Source of the DNA: Dehalococcoidia bacterium
Lineage (GTDB): Bacteria > Chloroflexota > Dehalococcoidia > UBA2979
Assembly: GCA_041690175.1 (NCBI GenBank)
Contig: JAWLHV010000004.1
Coordinates: forward strand, 238,097-302,096
Direction: 5' to 3'
Length of the DNA stretch: 64,000 nt
Shown here piece by piece: positions 35,607 to 44,349 of this stretch (the stretch's first letter is position 1; every line of letters starts with the position of its first letter). A program made the position numbers and the translations under genes. The notes beneath the pieces were generated by a model. That model ran no database searches and was not told the origin of the DNA. It worked only from the letters and a program-made list of their open reading frames with translations.

Positions 35607-37901
35607 ATGACCAGCGCCCTGCACGGCGTCCGCGTGATCGACTTCGGCCAGTACCTCGCCGGCCCGCTGGCGGCCCAGTTGCTCTGCGACCAGGGCGCCG
35701 AGGTGATCCGCGTCGATCCGCCCGGGGGACCGCGCTGGCAGACGCCCGCGAACGCCGCGATGAACCGCGGCAAGCAGTCGATCGTCCTGGACCTGAAGGA
35801 CGCGGCGGACGTGGCGACGGCGCGGGCGCTGATCGCCTCCGCGGACGTGGTGATCGAGAACTTCCGGCCCGGGGTGATGGACCGCCTGGGGCTGGGCGCC
35901 GCCGCCATGACGGAGGCGAACCCGCGGCTGGTCTACTGCTCGCTGCCGGGGTTCTCCTCGGACGACCCGCGCGCCGATACCGCCGCCTGGGAGGGCGTAG
36001 TGGGCGCCGCCTCCGGCCTCTACCGGCGGAACCGCGTGGCTGCGGAGGCGGGCGCGCCCGTCTACACGGCGCTGCCGCTGCCCTCCGCCTACGCCGCCAT
36101 CCAGTGCGCCGTGGCCGTGGGCATGGCTCTGGGCGCGCGGGAGCGGGACGGCGTGGGCCAGCGCATCGAGGTGCCGCTGTTCGACGCGATGTACGGGGCC
36201 GTGGGGTACAACGGCTACTCCGCCACCAACGTGGCGGACCGCACTCCCGGCGCGGCCATGAGCCTGACCACGCAGTTCGAGTGCGCGGACGGCGAGTGGA
36301 TCATGTTCCACACCGGCAACGGCCGCACGGAACAGGTGCTGACCGCCGCCGGGGTAGCCGACTGGATTGCAGCGGGCTACACGGACCGCGCCCGCCTGGC
36401 GCAGGAACCGGCACTCGCCCGAGAGATGCAGGAGCGAGCGTGCGCACTCTTCAAGACGCGCCCCGCCGCCGAGTGGGAGGCGCTGGTCAACGAGGCCGGC
36501 GGCGAGTGCGCTGTCTGCCGCCCCTCCGCGGAGTGGATGACCCATCCCCACGCCCAGGGCTCCGGCACCATCGTTGAGGTGGAGGACCCCGCGCTGGGCA
36601 GGACGCTCCAGCCGGGCATCCCCGCGCGCCTCTCGCTCACCCCGCCCGCCGTGCAGGGCCCCGCGCACCCGCTGGACGCCGACCGCGAGGCCATCCTCGC
36701 CGCGCTCGCCGCGACCCCCTCGGCTGCCACGGTGGCTGGCGGCGCGGCGGAGGGCGCGATGCGTGCGGCGCTCGACGGCGTGCGCGTGCTGGACCTGTGC
36801 ATTGTGCTGGCCGGCCCCACCTGCGGGCGCACGCTCGCCGAGTACGGCGCGGACGTCATCAAGATCGAGGCGCCGGACCGCGCGCCCATGGGCGCCTTCC
36901 ACGGCGACGTCAACCGCGCCAAGCGCAGCATCATCCTGGACCTGAAGACGCCGGAGGGCCTGGAGACGTTCTGGACGCTGGTGGACTCCGCGGACGTGGT
37001 GGTGCAGAACTTCCGCCAGGGCGTCGCGGAGCGCCTGGGCGTGGGGTACGAGCAGGTGCGCGCCCGGAAGCCGGACATCGTCTACGCCTCGCTGAACTGC
37101 TACGGGCACGTCGGGCCCTTCGCGGGGCGGGCAGGACACGAGCAGATCGCGCAGGCGGCCACGGGGATGCAGGACCGCTACCGGCTACCGGACGGGATGC
37201 CCCAGACGCAGCGCTACGCCGTGAACGACTATGGGACCGGCTACCTGGGTGCCTTTGGCGTCAGCCTCGCGCTGCTGCATCGACGCAAGACCGGGCAGGG
37301 GCAGCACGTGGACGCCGCCCTGGCGTACACGGCCACCTTCATCCAGTCGCCCTTCCTGCTGGACTACGCCGGGAAGACGTGGGACGAGCCCCGCGGGCAG
37401 GAGCAGGTGGGTAGCAGCCCACTGCACCGCGCGTACGAGGCGGCCGACGGCTGGTTCTTCCTGGGTGCGCCGGACACCTCGGCGCTCGCGTCCGTGCCGG
37501 GCCTCGAGGGCGTGCGCGACCTCCAGGGTCACGCGCTGTCGGATGCGCTGGAGGCGCGGTTCCGGGAGGCGGATCTTGCCACGTGGGTGGAGCGGCTGGC
37601 GGCTGCGGGCGTGGGTGCGCACCACGTGGTGAACTCCACGGAGGAGTTGATGCAGTCGCCGTACGCCCGTGCGCGCGGCCTGTCGGTGACGACAGAGCAC
37701 CCTCAGTGGGGCACCGTCACCAGCACCGGCCCGGCGCCGCGGCTCTCGCGGACGCCGGTGCGCGCCGGGCAGCCCGCGCCGCCGGTGGGCGCGCACAGTC
37801 GCGAGGTGCTCGCGGAGGTCGGCCTCGGGGCGCAGGCAGATGCCTTCATCGCTGCGGGCGGGGTGCTGGAGGCCCAGGCTGTCGGGACGCCGCTGGGGTA
37901 G
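35607..37901 (+). CDS. Family III (CaiB/BaiF) CoA transferase, tandem two-domain fusion
   Basis: Two copies of the fold start (ALHGVRVIDF..LAGP; ALDGVRVLDL..LAGP), NRGKQS/NRAKRS, ENFRPG/QNFRQG. Confidence 0.93.
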   Translation: MTSALHGVRVIDFGQYLAGPLAAQLLCDQGAEVIRVDPPGGPRWQTPANAAMNRGKQSIVLDLKDAADVATARALIASADVVIENFRPGVMDRLGLGAAAMTEANPRLVYCSLPGFSSDDPRADTAAWEGVVGAASGLYRRNRVAAEAGAPVYTALPLPSAYAAIQCAVAVGMALGARERDGVGQRIEVPLFDAMYGAVGYNGYSATNVADRTPGAAMSLTTQFECADGEWIMFHTGNGRTEQVLTAAGVADWIAAGYTDRARLAQEPALAREMQERACALFKTRPAAEWEALVNEAGGECAVCRPSAEWMTHPHAQGSGTIVEVEDPALGRTLQPGIPARLSLTPPAVQGPAHPLDADREAILAALAATPSAATVAGGAAEGAMRAALDGVRVLDLCIVLAGPTCGRTLAEYGADVIKIEAPDRAPMGAFHGDVNRAKRSIILDLKTPEGLETFWTLVDSADVVVQNFRQGVAERLGVGYEQVRARKPDIVYASLNCYGHVGPFAGRAGHEQIAQAATGMQDRYRLPDGMPQTQRYAVNDYGTGYLGAFGVSLALLHRRKTGQGQHVDAALAYTATFIQSPFLLDYAGKTWDEPRGQEQVGSSPLHRAYEAADGWFFLGAPDTSALASVPGLEGVRDLQGHALSDALEARFREADLATWVERLAAAGVGAHHVVNSTEELMQSPYARARGLSVTTEHPQWGTVTSTGPAPRLSRTPVRAGQPAPPVGAHSREVLAEVGLGAQADAFIAAGGVLEAQAVGTPLG

Positions 37902-37904
37902 CGC

Positions 37905-39281
37905 CTAGTCCAGGCGGCGGTAGGACGGCAGGAAGAGCGTCACCACCAGGGCGACCACCAGCAGGCCCAGCGCCACCAGCGCGAACGCCCACTGGGCGCC
38001 CAGCGCCACCGCCACCAGCGCGATGGCGAACGTGCCGAAGGACTCCAGGCCCATCTCCATCATCATGATGCTGCTGATGCGGCCGCGGTAGGCGTCGTCC
38101 ACGTGGGTCTGGATCAGGATCTGGCTGAGGGACTGGCGGCCCGCCTGCCCCACGCCCAGCACCACCACGATCCCGAGGCTCAGCCACACGTTCTCGGACC
38201 AGGCGAAGGCCAGCAGCGCCACGGCGAAGAGGACGATGCTCCAGATGAGCAGGCGTCCACGCTTCCGGTCCGGGAGCGACGCCACCACCAGCGAGCCCAG
38301 CAGCGCGCCCACGCCCGTGAACGCCAGCAGCAGCCCCAGAAGGAAGGCGGACTCGCTGTCGTCCGCGGCCAGCACCTCCGCCACGAAGCCGGGGAGGAGG
38401 CGCTGGTAGGGCATGGAGAACAGCACGACGAAGAGGTGCACCAGGAGCAGCATCGCCAGGATCCGCTGGTGGCGGAGGTAGCGGAACGCCTCCGCGATGT
38501 CCCGCAGTCCGCCGCGGCCGCCGCCGTGCCCGCTGCGCGGTGCGACCGGCGGTGCGACCGGCGGTGCGACCTCGGCGGGCACCCCGCCCGGCGAGGGCGG
38601 CGCCACCGGGTTCAGGGGGACGCGGAACATCGCCAGCACCGCAAGCAGGTACAGCGCCGCCATCAGGGCGTAGACCCAGGACGCCCCCACGAGCGCGATC
38701 AGCCCGCCGGCGAGGGCCGGCGCCAGCAGTCGGGTGGAGTTCATGCCCGTGGCGTTCAGGCCGATCGCGTTCGTGAGGCGTTCGAACCCGACGATCGAGG
38801 GGATCATGGCCTGTCGGGCCGGCATGGTGAACGCCATTGAGACGCCCTGCAGGAACGCGGCGATCACCAGGTGGTTGAATGTCAGCAGCCCCGTGAAGAG
38901 CATCACGGCGACCCACGCGGTCAGCAGGAACGACGCGAACTGCCCGGCTTGCATGACATAACGACGACTCGCGCGGTCGGCCACGACACCGCCGGAGAGC
39001 GCGAAGACCAGGCGGGGGATCGAGTTCGCCAGGGCCACGCCGCCCAGTGCGGCGAACGAACCGGTGATCTGGTAGGCCAGGTACCCGCGGACGACCTGCT
39101 GCATCTGCATGGCCGACCAGTTGCCCAGCATCGAGAGCATGTACCAGCGGAAGGCCGGGACATCCAGGATCGCGTCGAACGTGCGCAGCCGGCGTGCGGG
39201 AGGGATGCCCGGTTCGAGGTCAGGCGCAGCGAGCGAAGGTTCGGTGGGTGCGGCCGGGTCAGGTCGTTCGGCAGCGGACAA
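37905..39281 (-). CDS. MFS transporter (EntS/H+ antiporter-like)
   Basis: About 12 TM, GGVVADRASRR, MPARQAMIP, YRGRISS; start approximate. Confidence 0.9.
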   Translation of the reverse strand: MSAAERPDPAAPTEPSLAAPDLEPGIPPARRLRTFDAILDVPAFRWYMLSMLGNWSAMQMQQVVRGYLAYQITGSFAALGGVALANSIPRLVFALSGGVVADRASRRYVMQAGQFASFLLTAWVAVMLFTGLLTFNHLVIAAFLQGVSMAFTMPARQAMIPSIVGFERLTNAIGLNATGMNSTRLLAPALAGGLIALVGASWVYALMAALYLLAVLAMFRVPLNPVAPPSPGGVPAEVAPPVAPPVAPRSGHGGGRGGLRDIAEAFRYLRHQRILAMLLLVHLFVVLFSMPYQRLLPGFVAEVLAADDSESAFLLGLLLAFTGVGALLGSLVVASLPDRKRGRLLIWSIVLFAVALLAFAWSENVWLSLGIVVVLGVGQAGRQSLSQILIQTHVDDAYRGRISSIMMMEMGLESFGTFAIALVAVALGAQWAFALVALGLLVVALVVTLFLPSYRRLD

Positions 39282-39359
39282 TGAGGTCCCCGGACAGCGC
39301 GCCAACGTTGACGGTCACGGAAAGGTAAAGGCTGCTCCCGGTAGGTGCGAGGGCCCGAC

Positions 39360-40010
39360 CTAGCCGTCGATCAGCAGCCGCGCCACCGCCGCGAACTCAC
39401 GCACCAGCGCTTCCTCGCCGGCTCGCCGCTCGTCGGACGAACGTGAGCGCAGCACGGCGGACGGGTGCACCGTCGCCATGACGTAGGGCGCCAGCCCCGT
39501 GTCCTCCAGGATCGTCCCCCGCTGCTTCGTGACCCGGAACGACTTCCCGAGGAGTGCCTGCGCCGCCGTGGCTCCCAGGCACACGAGTACCCGTGGCTGT
39601 ACCACCTCGATTTCTGCAGCGAGCCAGGGGCCGCAGGCGTCGATCTCATCCTGGCGCGGGCGCTGGTGGATGCGGCGCTTGCCGCGCGCCTCCCACTTGA
39701 AGTGCTTCACGGCGTTGGTGACGTACGCCTGGTCTCGCGGGATGCCGGCTCCCTCCAACACGCGGTCGAGCAACAGCCCCGCAGGCCCCACGAAGGGACG
39801 GCCCTCGATGTCCTCGCGGTCGCCGGGCTGCTCGCCCACGAGCAGCAGCGGGGCGTCTCGGGCGCCCTCGCCGAACACGGCCTGCGTGCCGCGCCGCCAG
39901 AGGTCGCACCCGCGGCAGGCCTGCGCTGCGTCGGCCATCGCCTCTAGTGAGCGCTCGCCAGGGAGGTACGCCTCCGCCGCGCCGGCTGCGAGGTCGGTAG
40001 GCGGATCCAT
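39360..40010 (-). CDS. udgX: UdgX-type uracil-DNA binding protein (family-4 UDG fold)
   Basis: CRGC, GEQPG, PFVGPAG, NAVKHFK, R-loop KRRIH, HPSAVLR. Confidence 0.88.
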   Translation of the reverse strand: MDPPTDLAAGAAEAYLPGERSLEAMADAAQACRGCDLWRRGTQAVFGEGARDAPLLLVGEQPGDREDIEGRPFVGPAGLLLDRVLEGAGIPRDQAYVTNAVKHFKWEARGKRRIHQRPRQDEIDACGPWLAAEIEVVQPRVLVCLGATAAQALLGKSFRVTKQRGTILEDTGLAPYVMATVHPSAVLRSRSSDERRAGEEALVREFAAVARLLIDG

Positions 40011-40219
40011 GGACGCATGCGCGCGAGTGGCCACAGCCGGAGGGTCGTCGCCCGCTTCCGGCGCACGCATTGGCGCGTGGCGCCAGCGCCTCGCAATGGC
40101 GTGACAGGTGGGATCGGCGGCATTGCAAGGCTCCGCATGCGCGGAGGCCTTTCGCGGCAAGTGGGATGTAGCGGGTGCGCTCCTAGCGTCAGGAGCAGGG
40201 AAGGACGGAGGCGGACGCC

Positions 40220-40555
40220 ATGGAGCACTACGAATGGGCGGAGGCGAACCTGGAGGGGCGCGTGGACCCGGAGGTGTCCACCCCGCATGACCTGCAGCGC
40301 GCCGGCGTCCATGTCTACTTCGCACCGCACATCGAGGCAGATCGCAAGGTGGTGAACCTGGGCACTGGCGAGGTGGAGCAGTTCTTCGCCGACGAAGGCC
40401 GCCCGCAGGAAGGCTACTACGCGGACTTCGACAGCCTGGAGCAGTTCTGCCGCCGGAACGGGCTCCCGTTCCAGGAGGTGGATGCCCGCGCCATCCTGCT
40501 GGCCACCGTCTCCTCGAACGGCGCGGGCGACCCGCGGAACAAGGAGGGCTACTAA
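40220..40555 (+). CDS. Hypothetical acidic protein
   Basis: GGAGG RBS, GC3-rich codons, TAATG coupling to the next gene. Confidence 0.7.
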   Translation: MEHYEWAEANLEGRVDPEVSTPHDLQRAGVHVYFAPHIEADRKVVNLGTGEVEQFFADEGRPQEGYYADFDSLEQFCRRNGLPFQEVDARAILLATVSSNGAGDPRNKEGY

Positions 40556-41271
40556 TGGTCACGGAAGGCCTGCACGTGGACGCCGTGCGCATCGAGGCGG
40601 GCGCGACCGTCCTGGACGGTGAACTCGCGCTGCCGTCGCACCCCTCGGGGGTCGTGGTCCTCGCCCGCGCCACGGAGCCGGACGGGGATGGGGCGGACCG
40701 CATCGCGCACTGGTTCGCGGAGGTGGGGCTGGGGACGCTCCAGGTGGACCTGCTGTCCCCGGACGAGCGAGCGGACGGCGGCACGGAGCCGGCGCCCGGG
40801 GATCCCGCCGCGATGACTGCTCGCTGGCTGGGCGTGGTGGACTGGCTGACCCAGGACGACCGCACCACGGACCGGCCGGTGGGCCTGTTCGGCGTGGGCC
40901 CCGCGGCGTCGGCAGCCCTCGCGGCCGCCGGGCAGCGGGCGGAGCGCGTCAGCGCGGTGGTGACCGCGGGCGGGCGGCCGCAAGAGGCCGGCGACATGCT
41001 CCGCCACGTCGCGGCCCCCACGCTGCTCATCGCGGCGGAGGACGAGCCGGCGAAGGACGGCGAGGAGCCGGGAAGCGTGCAAGCGCTCTCCGGGCTGACC
41101 ACCCTGAGCCGCCGCGAGACCGTGCCCGTGTCCGTCGAGGAAGACGCCACGGCGCTGGAGGAGGCCGCCTCCATCGCGCGCGACTGGTTCGCGCCCTACC
41201 TCGCGGCTCCCGAGTCGAACTTCGAGGAGCCCGAACTGGGCGAGGACGAGATCGTGCGCCGGAAGGGCTGA
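40555..41271 (+). CDS. Dienelactone-hydrolase-like alpha/beta protein, catalytic motifs degenerate
   Basis: LDGELALP, GTLQVDLLSPDE, PVGLFG, AVVTAGGRP, VAAPTLLI, ARDWF. Confidence 0.7.
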   Translation: MVTEGLHVDAVRIEAGATVLDGELALPSHPSGVVVLARATEPDGDGADRIAHWFAEVGLGTLQVDLLSPDERADGGTEPAPGDPAAMTARWLGVVDWLTQDDRTTDRPVGLFGVGPAASAALAAAGQRAERVSAVVTAGGRPQEAGDMLRHVAAPTLLIAAEDEPAKDGEEPGSVQALSGLTTLSRRETVPVSVEEDATALEEAASIARDWFAPYLAAPESNFEEPELGEDEIVRRKG

Positions 41272-41317
41272 GGCCGGACGAAGAAAAGGGGCCGGCCGAC
41301 AGATAAGGAAGGGACAC

Positions 41318-41722
41318 ATGCCAAAGAAGAAGAGCGAACTCCCCGGCACGCTGAAGCGTTCCCCGGAGCACGCGCAGGACATCTTCATAGAGACGCACGA
41401 GTCCGCGCTGGACACCTACGACGGCGACGAGGAGCGCGCTCACCGCGCGGCGTACGCAGCGGTGAAGCACTCCTACAAGAAGAAGGGCGACCGCTGGGTG
41501 GAGAAGGACCGCAAGGGGCCGTCTGACCGCCAGGCGGCGCGCGGCCCCAACACCAGCCCTCGCTCCTACGGCGACAAGCCAGCGAAGACGGCGGGCGGCA
41601 AGGTGGAGGGCGAGGAGCGCACGCGAGACGAGTTGTACGAGCGGGCGCGCAAACTGGACATCCCGGGGCGCAGCCGCATGAACAAGGAGGAACTGGCGGT
41701 CGCCATCCACGAGCACGAGTAG
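41318..41722 (+). CDS. chaB: ChaB-family protein with C-terminal Rho-N-like domain
   Basis: ELPGTLKRSPEHAQDIF...AHRAAYAAVKHSYKKKGDRW; TRDELYERARKLDIPGRSRMNKEEL. Confidence 0.85.
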   Translation: MPKKKSELPGTLKRSPEHAQDIFIETHESALDTYDGDEERAHRAAYAAVKHSYKKKGDRWVEKDRKGPSDRQAARGPNTSPRSYGDKPAKTAGGKVEGEERTRDELYERARKLDIPGRSRMNKEELAVAIHEHE

Positions 41723-41798
41723 CGCGCCCGCACGGCGCCCGATATCGTCCGCCCCGGTGTCGTACCAGCGGCACGAGGCAGGACGAGAGGGACGCTAC

Positions 41799-42662
41799 AT
41801 GGGCAGCAGTGCGGAGCCGGAGCGGCGCTTCCTGTCCTCGCAGCGCCTCAAGATCGCCTACTGGGACTGGGGCAACCAGGGTGCGCCGCCGCTGGTGCTG
41901 GTCCACGGCGGCCGCGACCACGCCCGCTCCTGGGACCGCATCGCCGCCGCGCTGCGGGAGGACTATCACATCGTCGCCCCGGATCTCCGAGGGCACGGCG
42001 ACTCTGACTGGTCCGTGGGGTCGAGTTACAGCCTGCCGGACAATGCCCTGGACATCGTGCGGGTGATCGAGGAGGCGGCGGGATCGCCTGCGCGGGTGAT
42101 GGCGCACTCCTTCGGTGGTTCCATCTGCCTGCTGGCGGCTGGCACCTATCCGGAGCACTTCAGCGCGCTGGCGGTCATCGAGGGCACGCACTCGCTGAAT
42201 CCTCGCGAGGAGATGGGGCCGCGCTGGGTGCGGGCCTGGGGGGACAACCTCCGCAAGTTCGAGCGGCAGAACACCCGCGTCTACCCGGACCTGGCCGCCG
42301 CCGAGGAGCGTCTGCGGGACGCGAACCCGAGGCTCCCGGCGGACTTCGTGCCGCACCTGGCGCAGTGGGCTACCCGTCCCGTGGAGGGCGGCTACGCCTG
42401 GAAGCACGACCAGTACATGAACGCCCGGACGTCCATGGAGGTTCGGCGCGACGAGTTGCCGCGGTTCTGGGAGGCGGTGGAGTGCCCCGTCCTGCTGATC
42501 TTTGCAGACGAGACGCGCGTGAATCAGCGCCGCGATGCGGAGCAACTCTTCAAGGACGCACGCACCGTGATCATCAATGACGCGGAACACTGGGTGCACC
42601 ACGACCAGCCGGAGGCGGTGCTCGCAGCGGTGCGGCCGTTCTTCGCCGGGGTGGGTGGCTGA
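41799..42662 (+). CDS. Alpha/beta hydrolase
   Basis: LVHGG, DLRGHGDS, AHSFGG nucleophile elbow, HWVHHDQP. Confidence 0.9.
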   Translation: MGSSAEPERRFLSSQRLKIAYWDWGNQGAPPLVLVHGGRDHARSWDRIAAALREDYHIVAPDLRGHGDSDWSVGSSYSLPDNALDIVRVIEEAAGSPARVMAHSFGGSICLLAAGTYPEHFSALAVIEGTHSLNPREEMGPRWVRAWGDNLRKFERQNTRVYPDLAAAEERLRDANPRLPADFVPHLAQWATRPVEGGYAWKHDQYMNARTSMEVRRDELPRFWEAVECPVLLIFADETRVNQRRDAEQLFKDARTVIINDAEHWVHHDQPEAVLAAVRPFFAGVGG

Positions 42663-42669
42663 GGCCGGC

Positions 42670-43224
42670 CTACGCGGGCAGCGGTGGGGCTCCCGAGGGC
42701 GGCTCCACCTCGAAGGCGTTGAGGGCGGCTGCCACCACGCCGTAGTACCCAACCAGTCCGGTCAGGTCCACCACGCCCTGCTCGCCGAACCGGCGCACGG
42801 CGTCCTGGAAGACGTCCTCGGGCACCCGGTGGCCCCCGCCGAGCAGCGCGCGCACGTACCGCACCACCGTGGCCTCGTCCTCCTCCAGCGCGGCGAGGGC
42901 GCCCCGGCTGCCGATGACCTCGATGGTCGCGTCCGGGACGCCGGCCTCGCGGCCGAGGCGGACGTGGCTGCCCCACATCAGGTCCGCGTCCCACTCGCGG
43001 GCGGCGGCCAGGATCGCCGTCTCGGTCAGCCGAGGGCTGAGCGCGGCGTTCCAGCGCACGTACTCGCCCAGCGCCGCCACGCGCTCCGCCAGTTCGGGGC
43101 TATGGAGCAGTACCCCGTAGGGCCCGGACACCGCGCCCTGCCGGAGGGCCGCCACGCGGTCGTAGGCCTCGCGCAGGTGCTCTGGCACCTGGCTGCGGTC
43201 GGTCAGGTTCGGCAGGCGGGGCAT
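42670..43224 (-). CDS. Carboxymuconolactone decarboxylase/AhpD-like protein
   Basis: GPYGVLLHSP, ETAILAAAREW, WGSH, VVDLTGLVGYY. Confidence 0.82.
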   Translation of the reverse strand: MPRLPNLTDRSQVPEHLREAYDRVAALRQGAVSGPYGVLLHSPELAERVAALGEYVRWNAALSPRLTETAILAAAREWDADLMWGSHVRLGREAGVPDATIEVIGSRGALAALEEDEATVVRYVRALLGGGHRVPEDVFQDAVRRFGEQGVVDLTGLVGYYGVVAAALNAFEVEPPSGAPPLPA

Positions 43225-43225
43225 C

Positions 43226-44218
43226 TTAGAACCCTGCTTCCTTGTCGATCGCGCCCTCCAGCGGTTCGCCGGCGCGGTAGTGGGCGATGTTGCGGCAGAA
43301 ACGGTCCAGGTTGCGCTGCAGCCGGAACTGGCTCGCGCCGGCCGTGTGGGGCGTCATCACGAGGTTCGGGGTGGTCCAGAGCGCGTGGTCCGCCGGCAGA
43401 GGCTCCTGGTGCGCCACGTCCAGGCCGGCGCCCCCCAGGTGGCCGGAGGCAACCGCCCGCACCAGGGCGTCCGAGTCCACGGTCTCGCCGCGGGTGACGT
43501 TCACGAAGTAGGCGCCGCGCCTCATCCGGGCGAAGGCACGCTCGTCGAAGAGGCGGAAGGTGGCGCGCGTGTACGGCAGCCCGGACATCACCACGTCCGA
43601 GCGCTCCAGCAACTCGTCCAGCCGGTCCGCGGGCCAGACCTCCCGCACCTCGTCCGAGGGCGGCACTGGCTGGACGTCCGTGGCGATGCAGCGCATCCCG
43701 AACGCATCGGCCCGCCGCGCGATGGCGCGTCCCGTACCTCCGAAGCCCACGATGCCCATCGTGAGGCCCTCGAGTTCCACCTCCTCGCGGCGGTACTCCA
43801 CGCGGTGATCCCAGGACGCCGGGCCGTCCAGCACGGAGCGCGCGATGCGGCGCGTGATCGCGAACAGCAGCCCGAAGGCCGTCTCCGCCAGGTGGCTGCC
43901 CACCAGGCCCTTGTCCCCGGAGAGCAGCACGGGGGAGGCCAGCATCTCGTCGAAGAGGTAGAAGTCCGCGCCGGCGGTGGTGGCGTGCACCCAGCGCAGC
44001 CGCGGGGCGGCCGCCAGCAGGCGGGCATCGATGCGGCCCAGGAGCACCTCGGCCTCCGCGATCGCCTCCAGCGCCTCGCCCGGGCTCTCCGCCACCACGA
44101 TCGTGGCGTCCTCGCCGGCGGCCTCGCGGATCTGCGCGATCAACGCCGGGGACGCCTCCGGCATCTGGAGGCTGGGGATGAGCAGGATGTTGAGCGGAAC
44201 GTCCGGTCTGTGCTGCAT
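43226..44218 (-). CDS. D-2-hydroxyacid dehydrogenase family
   Basis: GIVGFGGTG, NVTRG, GAGLDV..QEPL, TPHTAG. Confidence 0.92.
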   Translation of the reverse strand: MQHRPDVPLNILLIPSLQMPEASPALIAQIREAAGEDATIVVAESPGEALEAIAEAEVLLGRIDARLLAAAPRLRWVHATTAGADFYLFDEMLASPVLLSGDKGLVGSHLAETAFGLLFAITRRIARSVLDGPASWDHRVEYRREEVELEGLTMGIVGFGGTGRAIARRADAFGMRCIATDVQPVPPSDEVREVWPADRLDELLERSDVVMSGLPYTRATFRLFDERAFARMRRGAYFVNVTRGETVDSDALVRAVASGHLGGAGLDVAHQEPLPADHALWTTPNLVMTPHTAGASQFRLQRNLDRFCRNIAHYRAGEPLEGAIDKEAGF

Positions 44219-44349
44219 GCGCGGGAGCATACCCACCCCCGGGGACCGGTGCGCAGAGGCACAGGTACGCAGCCGTGGGCGGAGGCCGTAGAGTAGCGCC
44301 GCTGGCCGGCCTTCCAGCGGAGCGGGACGCGGCCGCGAGGAGGACTGAC

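Noticed and set aside
35034-37139. Extended 955-aa and 712-aa overlapping ORFs
   Set aside because: True genes are divergent (starts 35477 and 35607); the extensions are mutual shadows
40011-41174. 604-aa version of UdgX as a large fusion
   Set aside because: Upstream part is antisense to two well-supported plus-strand genes
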